Below, piece after piece: positions 20,164-28,230 of a stretch of 64,000 nucleotides of DNA. Position numbers and translations under genes: made by a program. Origin of the DNA: Planctomycetota bacterium (GTDB taxonomy: Bacteria; Planctomycetota; MHYJ01; JACQXL01); the NCBI GenBank assembly GCA_016235865.1, contig JACRIK010000021.1, positions 97,226 through 161,225 of the forward strand, written 5' to 3'. Each line of letters begins with the position of its first letter. The first letter of the stretch is position 1. The notes under the pieces were generated by a model. It searched no databases and was not told where the DNA came from. It saw nothing but the letters and a program-made list of their open reading frames with translations.

Positions 20164-22026
20164 ATGAATTTTCTGCGTAAAATATTTAAGAAGAAAGCGC
20201 AGGTTGATCCTGCCAATGATCCTAACATGGTAAAGGCCTATGATGGATATGGTCGGGAAATATTTATCTCCAAACAGCAATGGAAGGACAAGGTACTCCT
20301 GAAGAATCTAGAGGAGAAACGCAACAATCCTAATCAGCTTTATGATTGGCTTTTCTTGGCACTGAAAGATGGATTTGTGCAAGATATTGTTCCTTATGCC
20401 GAGCATTTATGGCGCACTGACCCTATTCCATCCAGGGGAGCCGCAGTACTCGGTATTGTCTATATGAAGAATAACCGCTTGGATGAGGCGGAACGAGTAT
20501 TAAATGATTTCCTGTCAGCACATGGCGATAATGGGGTTGTTCTGACTAACTTGGCAAAGGTATACGATAAACGGGGGGATAAAGCAAAAGCCGAATCAAT
20601 TCTTTGGCATGCCTTGGAGGTTGACCCTAATCAGGAAAATGGGCTTGCTTGGTATATTGCAATTCAGAGTGAGCGGGGAGGCGAAGCGTCGGTACTCGAT
20701 GCCTATCATCATATCGCCGCTTGGCCCAAAAGCTGGAGGGTCCAGCTTTGGTTGGCGCGTGAGGCGCTTGCACGCAAAGATTTGCCAGCTGCGGAGGCAT
20801 TTTACGCGGAAGTATTTGCCAGGGCTGAGCGTCCGGTTCCCGATTATGTCCTTACACAAATAAGTGGAGACTTAGGTAAGAACGGATATCTGGCAGAGAT
20901 GTTTCGTCTGGTCGAGCCTCATTTTGACCCGGCTATTCACGGCTTTAATGTTGGAAATAATCTTATAATGGCCAATCGTGAACTTGGTCGCACAGATATT
21001 GCCCGGCGTATTCTAAATCAGCTTTATGCCCAGAAACGTCCTGATTGGCAGCATGCGTTAAAGTACTGGGACACTGAACTTGCCAAAGACGAAGTAGCGC
21101 GCAAGGCGCAACAAAACCCCGGACAATCTATTGTTTTCATTTCAACAGAAGGTCCGTTATGGGCAAGTAAGGAATCCCCATTTGCAGTTCTCATGCCGGC
21201 TAAATCTGGTAACACACCGCAGATTGCCGTTTTGGGAAGCATGGCCTTGTTTTCGGAGTTATCCAAAAAGCCTGTGCCTCAACTCAGCGATGCTCCGGGC
21301 CGTATCAGCCGGATTGTTGCTCTTTTTCTGGCTGAAAAAATCCACCTTCAAACCGATGCGGTTGGTATAGCTTTAACTCCTTGGGCGCAAAAACTAGGGT
21401 TTGCTGTTTTTGGTAATCCCTACGGCGACAAGGATCTCTGTGAAGTTGCATGTAAGAGTGTGAAAGTTCCGCATTTTATCGTTGCTGTCAATTTTGATGC
21501 TACCCAGTTAAAATGGAAAATGATACTACGCTTATTGAGGGTGAGTGATTGTGTGCGTGTTGCAGAAGAACAGATTGAAGCCGATCCGCTGAATCCCGGA
21601 CCAGCTATTGAGCTTTTAGCTCAAACGCTTCAACAGTTGCTTGCTAAATACGCCGGGGTGCATATTACGGCACATCCGCAATGGTACCAGAATCTATCCG
21701 GACCGGATTTATCTGACTATCTTCTGCGGCTTGAGCAACAACTTGCAGTAATATGTAAAAATCTCGATTTCCTCGAAGGAGGAGGTTTGTTCGGGGAACA
21801 TGAAATCATTGATGGTGTTTTGCAACTCTGTCTAAGTCAGCCGGCAAGCCAATTGGTTAGAATGGTTCTGGCCCAAACGCTCCGGCAGATGAGCAAATTG
21901 CACCCGGAACTTATTTCCGAATATAAAGATAAGATTAATTTACTCCAACGGACTCATCTTCTGACAGGAGAAGTTGGCGAATTGATTAATAAAGCCATTA
22001 ATCAGACAATGACACGGACGGCTTAG
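20164..22026 (+). CDS. Tetratricopeptide-repeat-containing hypothetical protein
   Basis: 620 aa ORF; TPR-like segments AAVLGIVYMKNNRLDEAE and LTNLAKVYDKRGDKAKAESILWHALEVDPN; codons visibly more T/A-ending than neighbours. Confidence 0.8.
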   Translation: MNFLRKIFKKKAQVDPANDPNMVKAYDGYGREIFISKQQWKDKVLLKNLEEKRNNPNQLYDWLFLALKDGFVQDIVPYAEHLWRTDPIPSRGAAVLGIVYMKNNRLDEAERVLNDFLSAHGDNGVVLTNLAKVYDKRGDKAKAESILWHALEVDPNQENGLAWYIAIQSERGGEASVLDAYHHIAAWPKSWRVQLWLAREALARKDLPAAEAFYAEVFARAERPVPDYVLTQISGDLGKNGYLAEMFRLVEPHFDPAIHGFNVGNNLIMANRELGRTDIARRILNQLYAQKRPDWQHALKYWDTELAKDEVARKAQQNPGQSIVFISTEGPLWASKESPFAVLMPAKSGNTPQIAVLGSMALFSELSKKPVPQLSDAPGRISRIVALFLAEKIHLQTDAVGIALTPWAQKLGFAVFGNPYGDKDLCEVACKSVKVPHFIVAVNFDATQLKWKMILRLLRVSDCVRVAEEQIEADPLNPGPAIELLAQTLQQLLAKYAGVHITAHPQWYQNLSGPDLSDYLLRLEQQLAVICKNLDFLEGGGLFGEHEIIDGVLQLCLSQPASQLVRMVLAQTLRQMSKLHPELISEYKDKINLLQRTHLLTGEVGELINKAINQTMTRTA

Positions 22027-22088
22027 TGATACGACTTTCTAGTCCAGGGACACAACAAATTATCCTCCATCCTTACAGCGACCATAGA

Positions 22089-22484
22089 GTATCCCCTAAG
22101 CGGGGGCGGTCTATCCCCTAAGCGGGGATGGGCTATCCCCTAAGCGGGGAGGGGCTATCCCCTAAGCGGGGACGGGCTATCCTCTAAGCGGGGAGGGACT
22201 ACCCCCTAAGCGAGGGTGGACTATCCCCTAAGCTGGGAGGGGCTACCCCCTAAGCGGGGTGGGGCTACCCCCTAAGCGGGGATGGGCTATCCCCTAAGCG
22301 AGGTGGGGCTATCCCCTATGCGAGGTAGGGCTATCCCCTAAGCGAGGTGGGACTATTCCCTAAGCCGGGACGGGCTATCCCCTAAGCGGGGACGGACTAT
22401 CCCCTAAGCCGGGAGGGGCTACCCCCTAAGCGGGGATGGGCTATCCCCTATGCGAGGATGGGGTATCACGGGTGCGGGGATGGG
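22089..22484. repeat. Tandem array of 17 (plus 1 degenerate) 22-bp units, consensus CTATCCCCTAAGCGGGGANGGG
   Basis: Units start every 22 bp from 22089 to 22463 with no indels; non-coding. Confidence 0.95.
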
Positions 22485-22661
22485 GGGAGGGGGGAGGGGG
22501 GATACCCCACCCCCCACCGTCTGAACCGGTTTTTGAGATAATAACTTTATGGATAAATGGTTACGCCAAAACCCGAGTGATTTTGGTAGCAGATTTCAGC
22601 CCGGATTACTTATTTAACGAGACATTAGACGACTTTTGGGGGTCGATATTGGCCTTTTGTT

Positions 22662-23636
22662 CTATGTCCCGCCAGAAGATAGGGCCAATGCGGCTGCGCC
22701 TAAGAGGCCGGCATCCTCGCCTAATTTGGCCGGGACAATCAGGGGCTTGCGATAGGGGTGTTTCATTATACTTGCCTTGACTACCTGACGCAGGGGTTTG
22801 AACAGAATCTCACCGGCCTGAGCCACTCCGCCGCCGATTACCACCATCTCCGGGTCAAAGATGTTAATCAGCGATGCGCAGGCCAGACCGAGATAATGGG
22901 CGGTGTCTTGAACAACTTCGCGGGCGAGTTTGTCGCCTTTTCTGGCTTTGTCAAATATTGTTTTAGCAGTAATGTCGTGCGTCTTGCGTCCTACGTCTTG
23001 CGTCCGGACGCCCAACGCATAACGCCCAACGCATAACGCATAGCGTTCTACAATGGCCGGTGCGCTGACCAGCGCTTCCAGATGCCCGGGTTTCCCGCAA
23101 CTGCAGTCCGGGCCATTGGGGTCTACGTTCATATGCCCGATTTCAGCGGCATAGAAATGCGAGCCGCGATATATCTGGTTGTCAATGATAATCCCGCCGC
23201 CTACGCCGGTGCCTAAGGTCAGGCAGATGAGATTCGTTGCTTTCTTCCCAGCGCCCCAGCATTTCTCACCCCAGCCGGCCAAATTGGCATCGTTGTCTAT
23301 GAAGACGGGTATTTTGAGCGCCTTCTCAAGCTCCTGTTTTACCTTCGTGCCTTTCCAGCCAATCAGATTGGGGGAGTCAGCCAGGATAATGCCTCTTTCA
23401 GCGTCAATAGAGCCGGGACAGGCGAGGCCGACACCGCGAACGGAATGACGAATGACGAATGACGAATGACGAATAACTTGATTGACTAATTGGGCAATGA
23501 GCCGGATGCCTTGTTTGCCATTGGGTGCTTTCGAGAAAGAGACCTTTTTCCTGGCCTTGATATGGCCGTTTTGGTCCACCAGCGCCGCGGTGATGTGGCT
23601 GCCGCCTAAATCGATACCAATAGCAAATTTGGTCAT
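22662..23636 (-). CDS. ROK family sugar kinase (glucokinase-like)
   Basis: IGIDLGGS, DNDANLA, TLGTGVGGG, EIGHM, CSCGKPGHLE, GGGVA, GLLGAA. Confidence 0.92.
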   Translation of the reverse strand: MTKFAIGIDLGGSHITAALVDQNGHIKARKKVSFSKAPNGKQGIRLIAQLVNQVIRHSSFVIRHSVRGVGLACPGSIDAERGIILADSPNLIGWKGTKVKQELEKALKIPVFIDNDANLAGWGEKCWGAGKKATNLICLTLGTGVGGGIIIDNQIYRGSHFYAAEIGHMNVDPNGPDCSCGKPGHLEALVSAPAIVERYALCVGRYALGVRTQDVGRKTHDITAKTIFDKARKGDKLAREVVQDTAHYLGLACASLINIFDPEMVVIGGGVAQAGEILFKPLRQVVKASIMKHPYRKPLIVPAKLGEDAGLLGAAALALSSGGT

Positions 23637-23652
23637 AAGATGTATATAGTAA

Positions 23653-23694
23653 AATCCCCCTTAATCCCCCTTTTGCAAAGGGGGAAGGGGGATT
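23653..23694. repeat. CCCCCTT-N-AAGGGGG palindromic element (also 46159-46221 and, in frame, 50705-50740)
   Basis: AATCCCCCTTAATCCCCCTTTTGCAAAGGGGGAAGGGGGATT nested inverted repeats; may act as a terminator. Confidence 0.7.
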
Positions 23695-23715
23695 AGAGCA
23701 AATAGTCCTATAACC

Positions 23716-24717
23716 TTAAGTGCCAACCGTCTCAAGGTCAGGTTTTTTGTCGCCCTGATTACACTTCTTGAGCAGTTTTTCCCATTCCTTATCCACATTG
23801 GCCTGGAGTTTGTTGATAAGCTCCTGGTTCGGTCCGCTCCGGTGGGTGCTCCCGGTCTCTGCGGAGTTCCCGCCCTTGGCGAAGATGTGCTTGAACCGGC
23901 CCTGGGGCTTGAGCCATTCGGTGATGGGTTTCTTTTCCTTGGGGATATAATTGAGTTTGTATTCCCCGTTTTCCACTTCATAAAGCGGCCAGTAGCAGGT
24001 ATCAGCCGCAATCCGGGCCAGGTTGATGGAGTCCTTCATCTCGTTTCGCCAGCCCCGGTGGCAGGGCGAGAGGATATTCAGGAAGCTCGGGCCGTCAGCG
24101 GCCAGTGCCTTTTTGACCTTGGTCATCAGGTCGCGCCAATGGGCCGGCGTGGTCTGGGCCAGGTAGGGGATATTATGGGCTGCCACGATGCCGGTCAGGT
24201 CCTTGCGGAAGACCGGTTTGCCGTAACTGGCCGAGCCGGCCGGGGTAGTGGTGGTGGAAGCGCCCATTGGGGTGGCGCCGGAGCGCTGGATGCCGGTATT
24301 CATATAGGCCTCGTTGTTGTAGCAGACATAGAGGAACTTGTGGCCGCGTTCCAATGCGCCGGAAAGCGCCTGCAAGCCGATATCAAAGGTCCCGCCGTCG
24401 CCGCCCACGGCGATGAATTTAATGGTCTTGGTAACCTTGCCCTGGCGTTTGAGCGACTGGTAAGCGGCCTCGATGCCGGAGATGGTCGCGGCCGAATTCT
24501 CGAAGGCGCTGTGAATCCAGTTGCATTTCCAGGCCGTATACGGATAGGTGGCGGTGGCCACATAGAGACAGCCGGTAGCCACGGACATAACCACCGGGTC
24601 TTCGGCGGCCATCAATATCTGGCGGAAGGTGGTTCCGGCGCCGCAACCGGCGCAAAGCCGGTGTCCGGAGACGAATGTTTCTTCCTTCTTGGATAATTCT
24701 TTTAAACTTAGTGCCAT
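23716..24717 (-). CDS. porB: Pyruvate:ferredoxin oxidoreductase beta subunit (TPP-binding)
   Basis: GHRLCAGCG, ATGC, GGDGGTFDIG, NNEAYMNTGIQRS, SPCHRGW. Confidence 0.93.
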   Translation of the reverse strand: MALSLKELSKKEETFVSGHRLCAGCGAGTTFRQILMAAEDPVVMSVATGCLYVATATYPYTAWKCNWIHSAFENSAATISGIEAAYQSLKRQGKVTKTIKFIAVGGDGGTFDIGLQALSGALERGHKFLYVCYNNEAYMNTGIQRSGATPMGASTTTTPAGSASYGKPVFRKDLTGIVAAHNIPYLAQTTPAHWRDLMTKVKKALAADGPSFLNILSPCHRGWRNEMKDSINLARIAADTCYWPLYEVENGEYKLNYIPKEKKPITEWLKPQGRFKHIFAKGGNSAETGSTHRSGPNQELINKLQANVDKEWEKLLKKCNQGDKKPDLETVGT

Positions 24718-24758
24718 AAAATTCCTTTCTTACTTAATTTTTGCGAAACGCCCCTTCC

Positions 24759-24826
24759 GTCATTCCCGTGTAAACGGGAATCCAGTAATCACATGGGGTC
24801 TGGATTCCTGCTTTCGCAGGAATGAC
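24759..24826. repeat. GTCATTCCCG-N-CGGGAATCC paired hairpin (dRS3/REP-like) element
   Basis: GTCATTCCCGTGTAAACGGGAATCCAG...CTGGATTCCTGCTTTCGCAGGAATGAC; relatives at 26115-26217, 39181-39320 and 62922-63017. Confidence 0.85.
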
Positions 24827-24838
24827 ATAAAAGGGAAA

Positions 24839-26074
24839 TTATTCTCTTACCGTTAAATAGTCAAACACCTTATCAACCTTGCCGGCCTTGGCCACATCAA
24901 ACAATTTCTGGAATACCTTGTTGATGTCTTCCAGCCGGATATCGCGTCCGCCGATTCCATAGATGTAATTAATCATCAGGGGCTGTTTGGGCAGTCCGTA
25001 CATGGCAGACCTGACCTCGGTAAAGGTCGGGGTGCCGCCGGCGCCGAAGGCATCGACCCGGTCCATAACCGCGATGGCCTTGAGATGTTTCAGCGCGTTC
25101 TTGATTTCCTCTGCCGGGAACGGCCTGAAGATGCGGGGCTTGAGCAGCCCGACCTTGACGCCCTTGGCCCGGAGTTCATTGACCACCATCTTGGCCACGC
25201 CGGCCGCGGAATTGATGATGACCAGCGCGTATTCGGCGTCATCCAATTTGTAGGATTCGAACAGCCCGTATTTCCGGCCGGACATCTTGGCGAATTCCTC
25301 GGCCACCTCAAGTATCTTGGCCTTGCTGTTTATAATCGCCTCGGAATGCTGGCGTTTGTGTTCGGTATAATAATCCTGCAGGGCGCAGGCGCCGATAGTC
25401 ACCGGGTTATCCACATCCAGCAGTGAATTTATGGCTTTGAACTCGCCCACGAATTTCCTGACCGCCTCGTCATCGAGCAGGTCAACCCGTTCCACGGAAT
25501 GGGTGGTGATGAATCCGTCCATCGAGACCATGACCGGCAGGCGGATGTCCATATCTTCGCCGATGCGGACGGCCTGGATGAGGTTGTCATACATCTCCTG
25601 GGCGTTTTCGGAGTATATTTGGATCCAGCCGGAATCGCGTCCGCCCATGGTATCATCGTGCCCGCAGTGGATATTTAGCGGCGCGCTTAAGGAGCGGTTG
25701 GCTACATACATTATCACCGGTGTGCGCAGTCCGGCGGCGATGGGCAGCATCTCCCACATCAGGGCGAATCCGGCTGATGAGGTGGCGGTCATGGTCCGGG
25801 CGCCGGCGGCTGAAGAGCCGATACAGGCGCTCATGGAACTATGCTCGCTTTCCACCGGCACGTATTGGGTCTTGACCAGTCCGTTGGCCACGAACTCGGC
25901 GAATTCCTCCACGGCCTCGGTCTGGGGCGTAATCGGATAGGCGGCCACCACGTCCGGATTAATCTGGCGCATGGCCTCGGATACCGCGTTGTTTCCGGTC
26001 ATTGCAGCTATTCGGTTCGCTCCGGTAGGTGCTCCCGGTCTCTGCGGAGTTCTGGCGTTTTTGTTGTCTGTCAT
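24839..26074 (-). CDS. porA: Pyruvate:ferredoxin oxidoreductase alpha subunit
   Basis: AAYPITPQT, VESEHSSMS, TATSSAG, NRSLSAPLNI, DGFITTH, FRPFP, GIGGRD. Confidence 0.94.
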   Translation of the reverse strand: MTDNKNARTPQRPGAPTGANRIAAMTGNNAVSEAMRQINPDVVAAYPITPQTEAVEEFAEFVANGLVKTQYVPVESEHSSMSACIGSSAAGARTMTATSSAGFALMWEMLPIAAGLRTPVIMYVANRSLSAPLNIHCGHDDTMGGRDSGWIQIYSENAQEMYDNLIQAVRIGEDMDIRLPVMVSMDGFITTHSVERVDLLDDEAVRKFVGEFKAINSLLDVDNPVTIGACALQDYYTEHKRQHSEAIINSKAKILEVAEEFAKMSGRKYGLFESYKLDDAEYALVIINSAAGVAKMVVNELRAKGVKVGLLKPRIFRPFPAEEIKNALKHLKAIAVMDRVDAFGAGGTPTFTEVRSAMYGLPKQPLMINYIYGIGGRDIRLEDINKVFQKLFDVAKAGKVDKVFDYLTVRE

Positions 26075-26114
26075 CTTAACGTCCCTTCTATAAGATACTT
26101 ACTTTTTTTACCGC

Positions 26115-26217
26115 GTCATTCCCGCCCCGTGTTTGTCATTCCCGCGAAAGCGGGAATCCACGGGATAAACTCCAGCGGGAATCTATACTTCTGGATTCCT
26201 GCCTACGCAGGAATGAC
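26115..26217. repeat. Nested dRS3/REP-like hairpin element
   Basis: Inner GTCATTCCCGCGAAAGCGGGAATC sits inside an outer GTCATTCCCGC...GCGGGAATC, followed by the partner hairpin GGATTCCTGCCTACGCAGGAATGAC. Confidence 0.85.
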
Positions 26218-26230
26218 AGAGAGTGAATAG

Positions 26231-26524
26231 TTACTTCTTATCCTCCACCATCTGGATGGCCTTGACTTTATCCGGGCATTCCTCGGCGCAGATGCCGCAA
26301 CCCTTGCAGTATTTCAGGTCAAACTCGGCAATCTTGCCGTCCTTGACCTTGATGCAGCCATCCGGGCAGTAAATCCAGCAGAGCAGGCAGTTGGTGCATT
26401 TCTTGTTATCGTGCACCGGCTTGAGGTTGCGCCAGCCGCCGGTTTCATACTGCATACTACAGCCCGGGTCTTTGATAATTGAGCCGATAGGCATCTCGTG
26501 GCGATTCATTGTCTTCTTTGCCAT
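26231..26524 (-). CDS. porD: Pyruvate:ferredoxin oxidoreductase delta subunit (2x[4Fe-4S])
   Basis: TGGWR, CTNCLLCWIYCP, YCKGCGICAEECP. Confidence 0.93.
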   Translation of the reverse strand: MAKKTMNRHEMPIGSIIKDPGCSMQYETGGWRNLKPVHDNKKCTNCLLCWIYCPDGCIKVKDGKIAEFDLKYCKGCGICAEECPDKVKAIQMVEDKK

Positions 26525-26607
26525 ATTATTAATCTCCTTTTTAGAGCCAGTTAGGAACAGAGTGACTTACTGGGTCTTATCCCGGCAGTTTTTGCCGGGA
26601 CACCTCA

Positions 26608-27177
26608 TTATTCCTTTACTTCTGCGAAACCCTTTTTAATAGAGTTCAGGTTGCCCTCGACCACCTTGGCGGCGAATTTCTCGCCGAATGAATGTTTGAT
26701 ATCAGCCAGCAGACCGTCCAGCGAAACCACGTTGGTGGTCTTGACGATAGCGCCCATTATCGGCGTATTGGGCATGGTCCGGCCCAGTTCTGCGATGGAG
26801 ATGCCGGTGGCGTCCACGGTATAGATTTTATTGCCGTCCATCTTAAGTTTAGCGCGAAGTTCGGCCGGTGTCTTGGTGGTATTGACGATGATAATTCCGC
26901 CTTTATTAAGGCCTTCGGCCACGTTGACCGTATCCAGCAGCGAATCATCCAGCACCACCACCACATCCGGGTTGACCACGGAGCAGTAGAGCGAGAAATT
27001 ATCCTGGCTGACCCGGTTATAGGCGCGCATCGGAGCGCCCATCCGTTCCGGCCCGAACTCCGGCATGCCCTGGGCGTATTTGCCTTCGGTAATGGCGATT
27101 CTGGCCAGGGTCCGGGCGGCTAACATCGCTCCTTGCCCGCCCCGGGCGTGCCATCTGATTTCTGTTATTTTAGACAT
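26608..27177 (-). CDS. porC: Pyruvate:ferredoxin oxidoreductase gamma subunit
   Basis: EIRWHARGGQGA, FGPERMGAP, VDATGIS, PNTPIMGA. Confidence 0.93.
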   Translation of the reverse strand: MSKITEIRWHARGGQGAMLAARTLARIAITEGKYAQGMPEFGPERMGAPMRAYNRVSQDNFSLYCSVVNPDVVVVLDDSLLDTVNVAEGLNKGGIIIVNTTKTPAELRAKLKMDGNKIYTVDATGISIAELGRTMPNTPIMGAIVKTTNVVSLDGLLADIKHSFGEKFAAKVVEGNLNSIKKGFAEVKE

Positions 27178-27206
27178 GTTTAGCGCTCCATTCTATTTCG
27201 TCTAAA

Positions 27207-27238
27207 TGTCATTGCGAGTATAGTCCCTCGCAATGACA
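27207..27238. repeat. TGTCATTGCGAG/CTCGCAATGACA perfect 12-bp inverted repeat (REP-like, possible terminator)
   Basis: Intergenic between accD and porC. Confidence 0.65.
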
Positions 27239-27262
27239 GAAAGAGGGTCTTTCAATAATCTC

Positions 27263-28102
27263 CTACACCAAATATTCTAACATCTTGGCCAGTTCTGCCT
27301 TCATATTCTTGCGGTCGATGACCCGGTCCACCAAACCGTGCTGGAGCATAAATTCCGAGGTTTGGAAACCCTCGGGCAGTTCCTTGCCGATGGTTTGGGC
27401 AATGACTCTCGGACCGGTGAATCCGATAAGCGCCCTGGGTTCGGCCAGGATGATATCGCCCAATCCGGCGAAACTGGCCATCACGCCGGCCATGGTCGGA
27501 TTGGTTAATATTGAGATATAAGCCACGCCGGCATCGTGCAAACGGGCCAGGGCAGCCGAGGTCTTGGCCATCTGCATCAGGGAGATGCAACCCTCATACA
27601 TCCGGGCGCCGCCGCCGGAGCCGGATACGAATATAAACGGAATCTTGAGTTCCATGGACTTTTCCGCGGCCCGGGCGAATTTCTCGCCTACCACCGAGCC
27701 CATCGAACCCATAATAAAACGGGAATCGGTCACGCCGAACATCACGTCTATGCCGTTGATTTTACCCTTGCCGACTATAACCGCGTCATTCATGCCCGTG
27801 GCCTTCTGGTCTTCGGCAACCTTATCCTTATAGGTGGACAGGGCCTTAAAACCGAGCGGGTCTTTGGAAACCATATCAGTCCAGTATTCCTCAAAGCTTC
27901 CCTTATCCATGGTTAGGGCGACGCGTTCCCGGGCGGTGATGGAGAAATGGTAATGGCATTCCGGGCAGACATTGAGCAGTTCCTTGACCTCGTTCTTGCG
28001 GACCAGGTTCTTGCAACCATCGCACTTGGTCCACTGGCCGTCCGGCATCTCCTTCTGGCGCTGGAGCACGAACTTCTTAAGGTTTCCCCATCCTTCAGAC
28101 AT
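27263..28102 (-). CDS. accD: Acetyl-CoA carboxylase carboxyltransferase beta subunit
   Basis: N-terminal Zn finger WTKCDGC...VCPEC, FIMGSMGSVVGEK, GGARMYEG, QMAKTS, IGFTGPRVI, FQTSEF. Confidence 0.95.
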   Translation of the reverse strand: MSEGWGNLKKFVLQRQKEMPDGQWTKCDGCKNLVRKNEVKELLNVCPECHYHFSITARERVALTMDKGSFEEYWTDMVSKDPLGFKALSTYKDKVAEDQKATGMNDAVIVGKGKINGIDVMFGVTDSRFIMGSMGSVVGEKFARAAEKSMELKIPFIFVSGSGGGARMYEGCISLMQMAKTSAALARLHDAGVAYISILTNPTMAGVMASFAGLGDIILAEPRALIGFTGPRVIAQTIGKELPEGFQTSEFMLQHGLVDRVIDRKNMKAELAKMLEYLV

Positions 28103-28139
28103 AGTTAGTGTTCTCCTTTATTGGTAAATTAATTTATGT

Positions 28140-28220
28140 AGTGTATCAAACACCAATGACCGGGTCAAGAGAAATCCTGATAAATAATTACTTGACCCTG
28201 GCAGGACGGGCTGATATATA
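28140..28220. promoter_or_regulatory. Divergent sigma70-type promoters for accD (-) and rimO (+)
   Basis: Minus strand TTGACC-17-TACACT (28168-28140); plus strand TTGACC-17-TATATA (28192-28220). Confidence 0.55.
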
Positions 28221-28230
28221 AAGGGCTAAT

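Noticed and set aside
22089-22484. CRISPR array interpretation of the 22-bp repeats
   Set aside because: Units are contiguous with no unique spacers of CRISPR length, and there are no cas genes in the window
18990-22660. Prophage
   Set aside because: Only a Bro-N gene is phage-like; there are no integrase, structural or replication genes
23842-24696. Long antisense or shadow ORFs in the track (e.g. 23842-24696, 10296-11189, 3627-4478)
   Set aside because: They overlap well-supported genes on the opposite strand and have no recognisable motifs; this is expected from GC3-rich codon usage
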